From Squalus acanthias (taxonomy: Eukaryota): a stretch of 64,000 bases of DNA. Positions 61,391-64,000 of the stretch are shown here, piece by piece. The position numbers and the translations under genes were made by a program. How positions within the stretch are numbered: position 1 is the stretch's first letter; the number at the start of each line of letters is the position of its first letter. The stretch lies in the NCBI GenBank assembly GCA_030390025.1, contig CM059427.1, positions 158,720,001-158,784,000 of the forward strand, written 5' to 3'. The notes beneath the pieces are model-generated. The model did no database searches. It was given only the letters and a program-made list of their open reading frames with translations, and was not told the origin of the DNA.

Positions 61391-63164
61391 GTAATGATCA
61401 TCAACTGTCTTACTACATTTTAAAGTTGTAGAGGAATGTAATTTTCAGTATTATACACAGTGCAGAAAACTGGTGCCCATTGCTGTGAACAAGCAATTCA
61501 TTTCAGGCTTGAATCTTTGTTCAAACTAGTAGATATCTGATCAGATGAAACATTGCACCAGATTTAAGCTTCTATCTGCAAACTTGAATGTAGCTATTGT
61601 GGAAAGCAGGTTGGAAGTACAGTCCCCACCGCTCAAAACATCCACATTTAAAATGGACAGTCACTAATATCAGCCAAAAAGCGATAACCATTATTTGCAT
61701 TTATGTCAATTTCACAGTTTCCAGTTATAGTTTCTTAAGTGCTCCATTTATTTTGGGCAGAAACAGCTGTATTTACTCACGTTTGCACCTTGTTAAGGTG
61801 CACTGAATGTAATAAAAGAGCCTCTGGCAGTCTTTAATAAAGTATATTCTTTTGCAAAAAGAACTTTTTATTTTCATCCCATTGAAATTATGGCTGATAT
61901 AATTTTAAACTAATGATGGCCATACACATTGCTCAAAGCGTGAAACATTAAAAGCGACTGATTTACTGCTGTGGGTACAAAACAGTGCTGAGTTATCTTA
62001 CAAAGACTGCAAAAGCTTGCATGAAACTACTGCACATATTAAGGGTTGATCAATTGGTTACTCTTGCATAAAATCTACAGGAAATCTTTTAAACACTTCA
62101 TTGATAATTTATTGCACAGACGTCAGCCAAGACTAAATTTTGGCAAATGTTTAGGTTAATAACAGTGTTAGTCTAGACTGTGTTTGCCTATCAATGTTAT
62201 TCGTGCAATGATTTAAAATTTTATTACCGCTGCTGCGTTATACCAGCCACCGCGTATAGCGGGCAAATCGAGTTTGCGCAACACACCCACTATAAGCGGT
62301 GGGAACTGTATAAGCAAACAGATGTAATCTTTAAATGCTGTTAGGATTACATACCTTGATTAAAATCTTGCTTTTAGCGTTCAGATTTAAAATGTATTGA
62401 AGCATATGTAAAGTGCAAATAGCAAACCTTTGATACAACATAGAATTCTGTCACAGAGATAAATAATTGCTGACCAACCAATCTGGGAAAGTATTTCACA
62501 AATGGAGTCCATACTTTTAAGAATTTTTCCTCGTTAAGGTAGAGAGCATTGGTGATTCAGAATCTGCCAAAGCTACTGGATTAGAGGCACCTACACCAGC
62601 TGAGGAACTTGGTGCCAGAGATGAAGACTGTAGCTCTGAGCTGTGCACAACAGATAGATCAGTCTTCTCACACAATCGCATAAGGCAGCTCAAGGGTCTG
62701 GTTCAATGGTGCCTGTTACAGTTTTAGTCCCTTTTGAGAATCGGGACCCAGATTACTCAGATCTAAGACATAGAAGAACTTTAACTCTACATTAACTCCA
62801 ACACAATCAAGGTAAGGTTGAGTTGCATGAGCATAGATGAGCGTGTTGTAATTTGCAGAGTACAATATCTTCACTATTCTGTGAACATAATTGCTTGCAG
62901 AAGCAGGGAAACAGCAAGACAGTATACTCCATCTCTTTCATTTCCTAATCACACAAAGCATCAGCCCGTATGCCTGTTCAGTCTGGCTGGAGTATAATGA
63001 TTGCATATATTTAAATATATAAAGGAAGGGAGACCCAACAATTCTTATTGTGGTGAACATGCACACCTTCAATGTTGCCGATACCCTATTTACCCTTCAT
63101 GGAATGTAGAAATAACTGACTATGTCTAAAAATTTTGCTGTATACAACTTAAATTGCAACACAT

Positions 63165-64000
63165 CATACCTGGCACAAAGGAAGCTGGTTGTGTTTGTTG
63201 GAGGCCAATCAGCTCAGCCCCAGGACAGCGCTGCATGAGTTCCTCAGGGCAGTGTCCTAGGCCCCGCTATCTTCAGCTGCTTCATCAATGACCTTCCCTC
63301 CAACATTAGGTCAGAAGTGGGGCTGTTCGCTGATGATTGCACAGTGTTCAACTCCATTCCCAATTCCTCAGATAATGCAGCAGTCCATGCCTGCCTGCTG
63401 AAAGATCTAGACAATATACAGGCTTGGGCTGATGAGTAACAAGTTACATTTGTGCCACACAAGTGCCAGCAATAACCATCTCCAACAAGAGGGAGCCTAA
63501 CCACATCCCTATGACATTACCATCACCTACTCCCCCACCATCAACATCCCGGGGGTCACCACTGACCAGAAACTTAACTGGAACAGCCATGTAAATGCTG
63601 TGGCTACTAGAGCAGGTCAGAGGCTGGGTATTCAGTGCCGGGTGGCTCACCTCCTTACTCTCCAAAGCCTCTTTTCCACATACAAGGGACAAGTCAGGAA
63701 TATGATGGAATATTCTCCACTTGCCTGGATAGGTGCAGCTGCAACCACACTCAAGAAGCTTAACACTATCCAGGACAAGCAGTCTGCTTGATCGGTACCC
63801 CATCCACTAACTTAAGCATCCACTCCCTCCACCACCTGGGTACTATGGCTGCAGTATGTACTATCCACAGGATGCAGTGCAGCAAGCCACCAAAGCTTCT
63901 TCGTCAGCTCCTCCCAAACACGTGACCTCCACTACCTAGAAAGACGAAGGCAATGGGAACACCATTACCACCAAGTTCCCCTCTAAGTCTCACACCATCC
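63165..64000 (+). mobile_element. Decayed CR1-clade LINE RT region (family distinct from the other CR1 copies)
   Basis: VPQGSVLGPAIFSCFINDLP, LFADDCTVF, YKGQVRNMMEYSPLAW. Confidence 0.85.

Noticed and set aside
62221-62312. CpG-containing patch ending GCGGTGGGAACTGTA
   Set aside because: Looks like one end of a decayed Tigger-like MITE; too little evidence to call.
1-64000. Most short ORFs in the supplied six-frame track
   Set aside because: They are TE fragments, antisense shadows of real exons or chance ORFs with non-ATG starts; the DNA is eukaryotic and spliced.

Overview
Eukaryotic, intron-rich vertebrate DNA. The SacSINE1/Deu-like SINEs, LF-SINE-like SINE, CR1, L2 and Penelope repertoire point to a cartilaginous fish (inference). 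The window holds two tandem + strand matrin-3-family genes among many decayed mobile elements. Gene A (3' end only, exons 2629-2766, 4794-4925, 6319-7231, 11659-11702) encodes a matrin-3-type RRM spliced in frame to an intact 304-codon exon. That exon's motif spacing resembles the Gag/ORF1 (LAP2alpha-like) protein of DIRS tyrosine-recombinase retrotransposons, and it is followed by an RG-rich tail. This candidate transposon domestication, replacing the normal matrin-3 C-terminus, is the most interesting signal. Gene B (5' part; putative CpG-island promoter near 21.3-21.6 kb; coding exons 33532-34575, 55891-55952, 59498-59536, 61275-61390) is a clear matrin-3 homologue with a divergent N-terminus carrying an 11-aa G/Q/N/F repeat. 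Young Penelope-like insertions form long near-perfect palindromes with target-site duplications and minimal hammerhead ribozyme motifs. One Penelope insertion appears to have captured a copy of neighbouring CR1 DNA. All family assignments come from reading motifs by eye; no searches were run.
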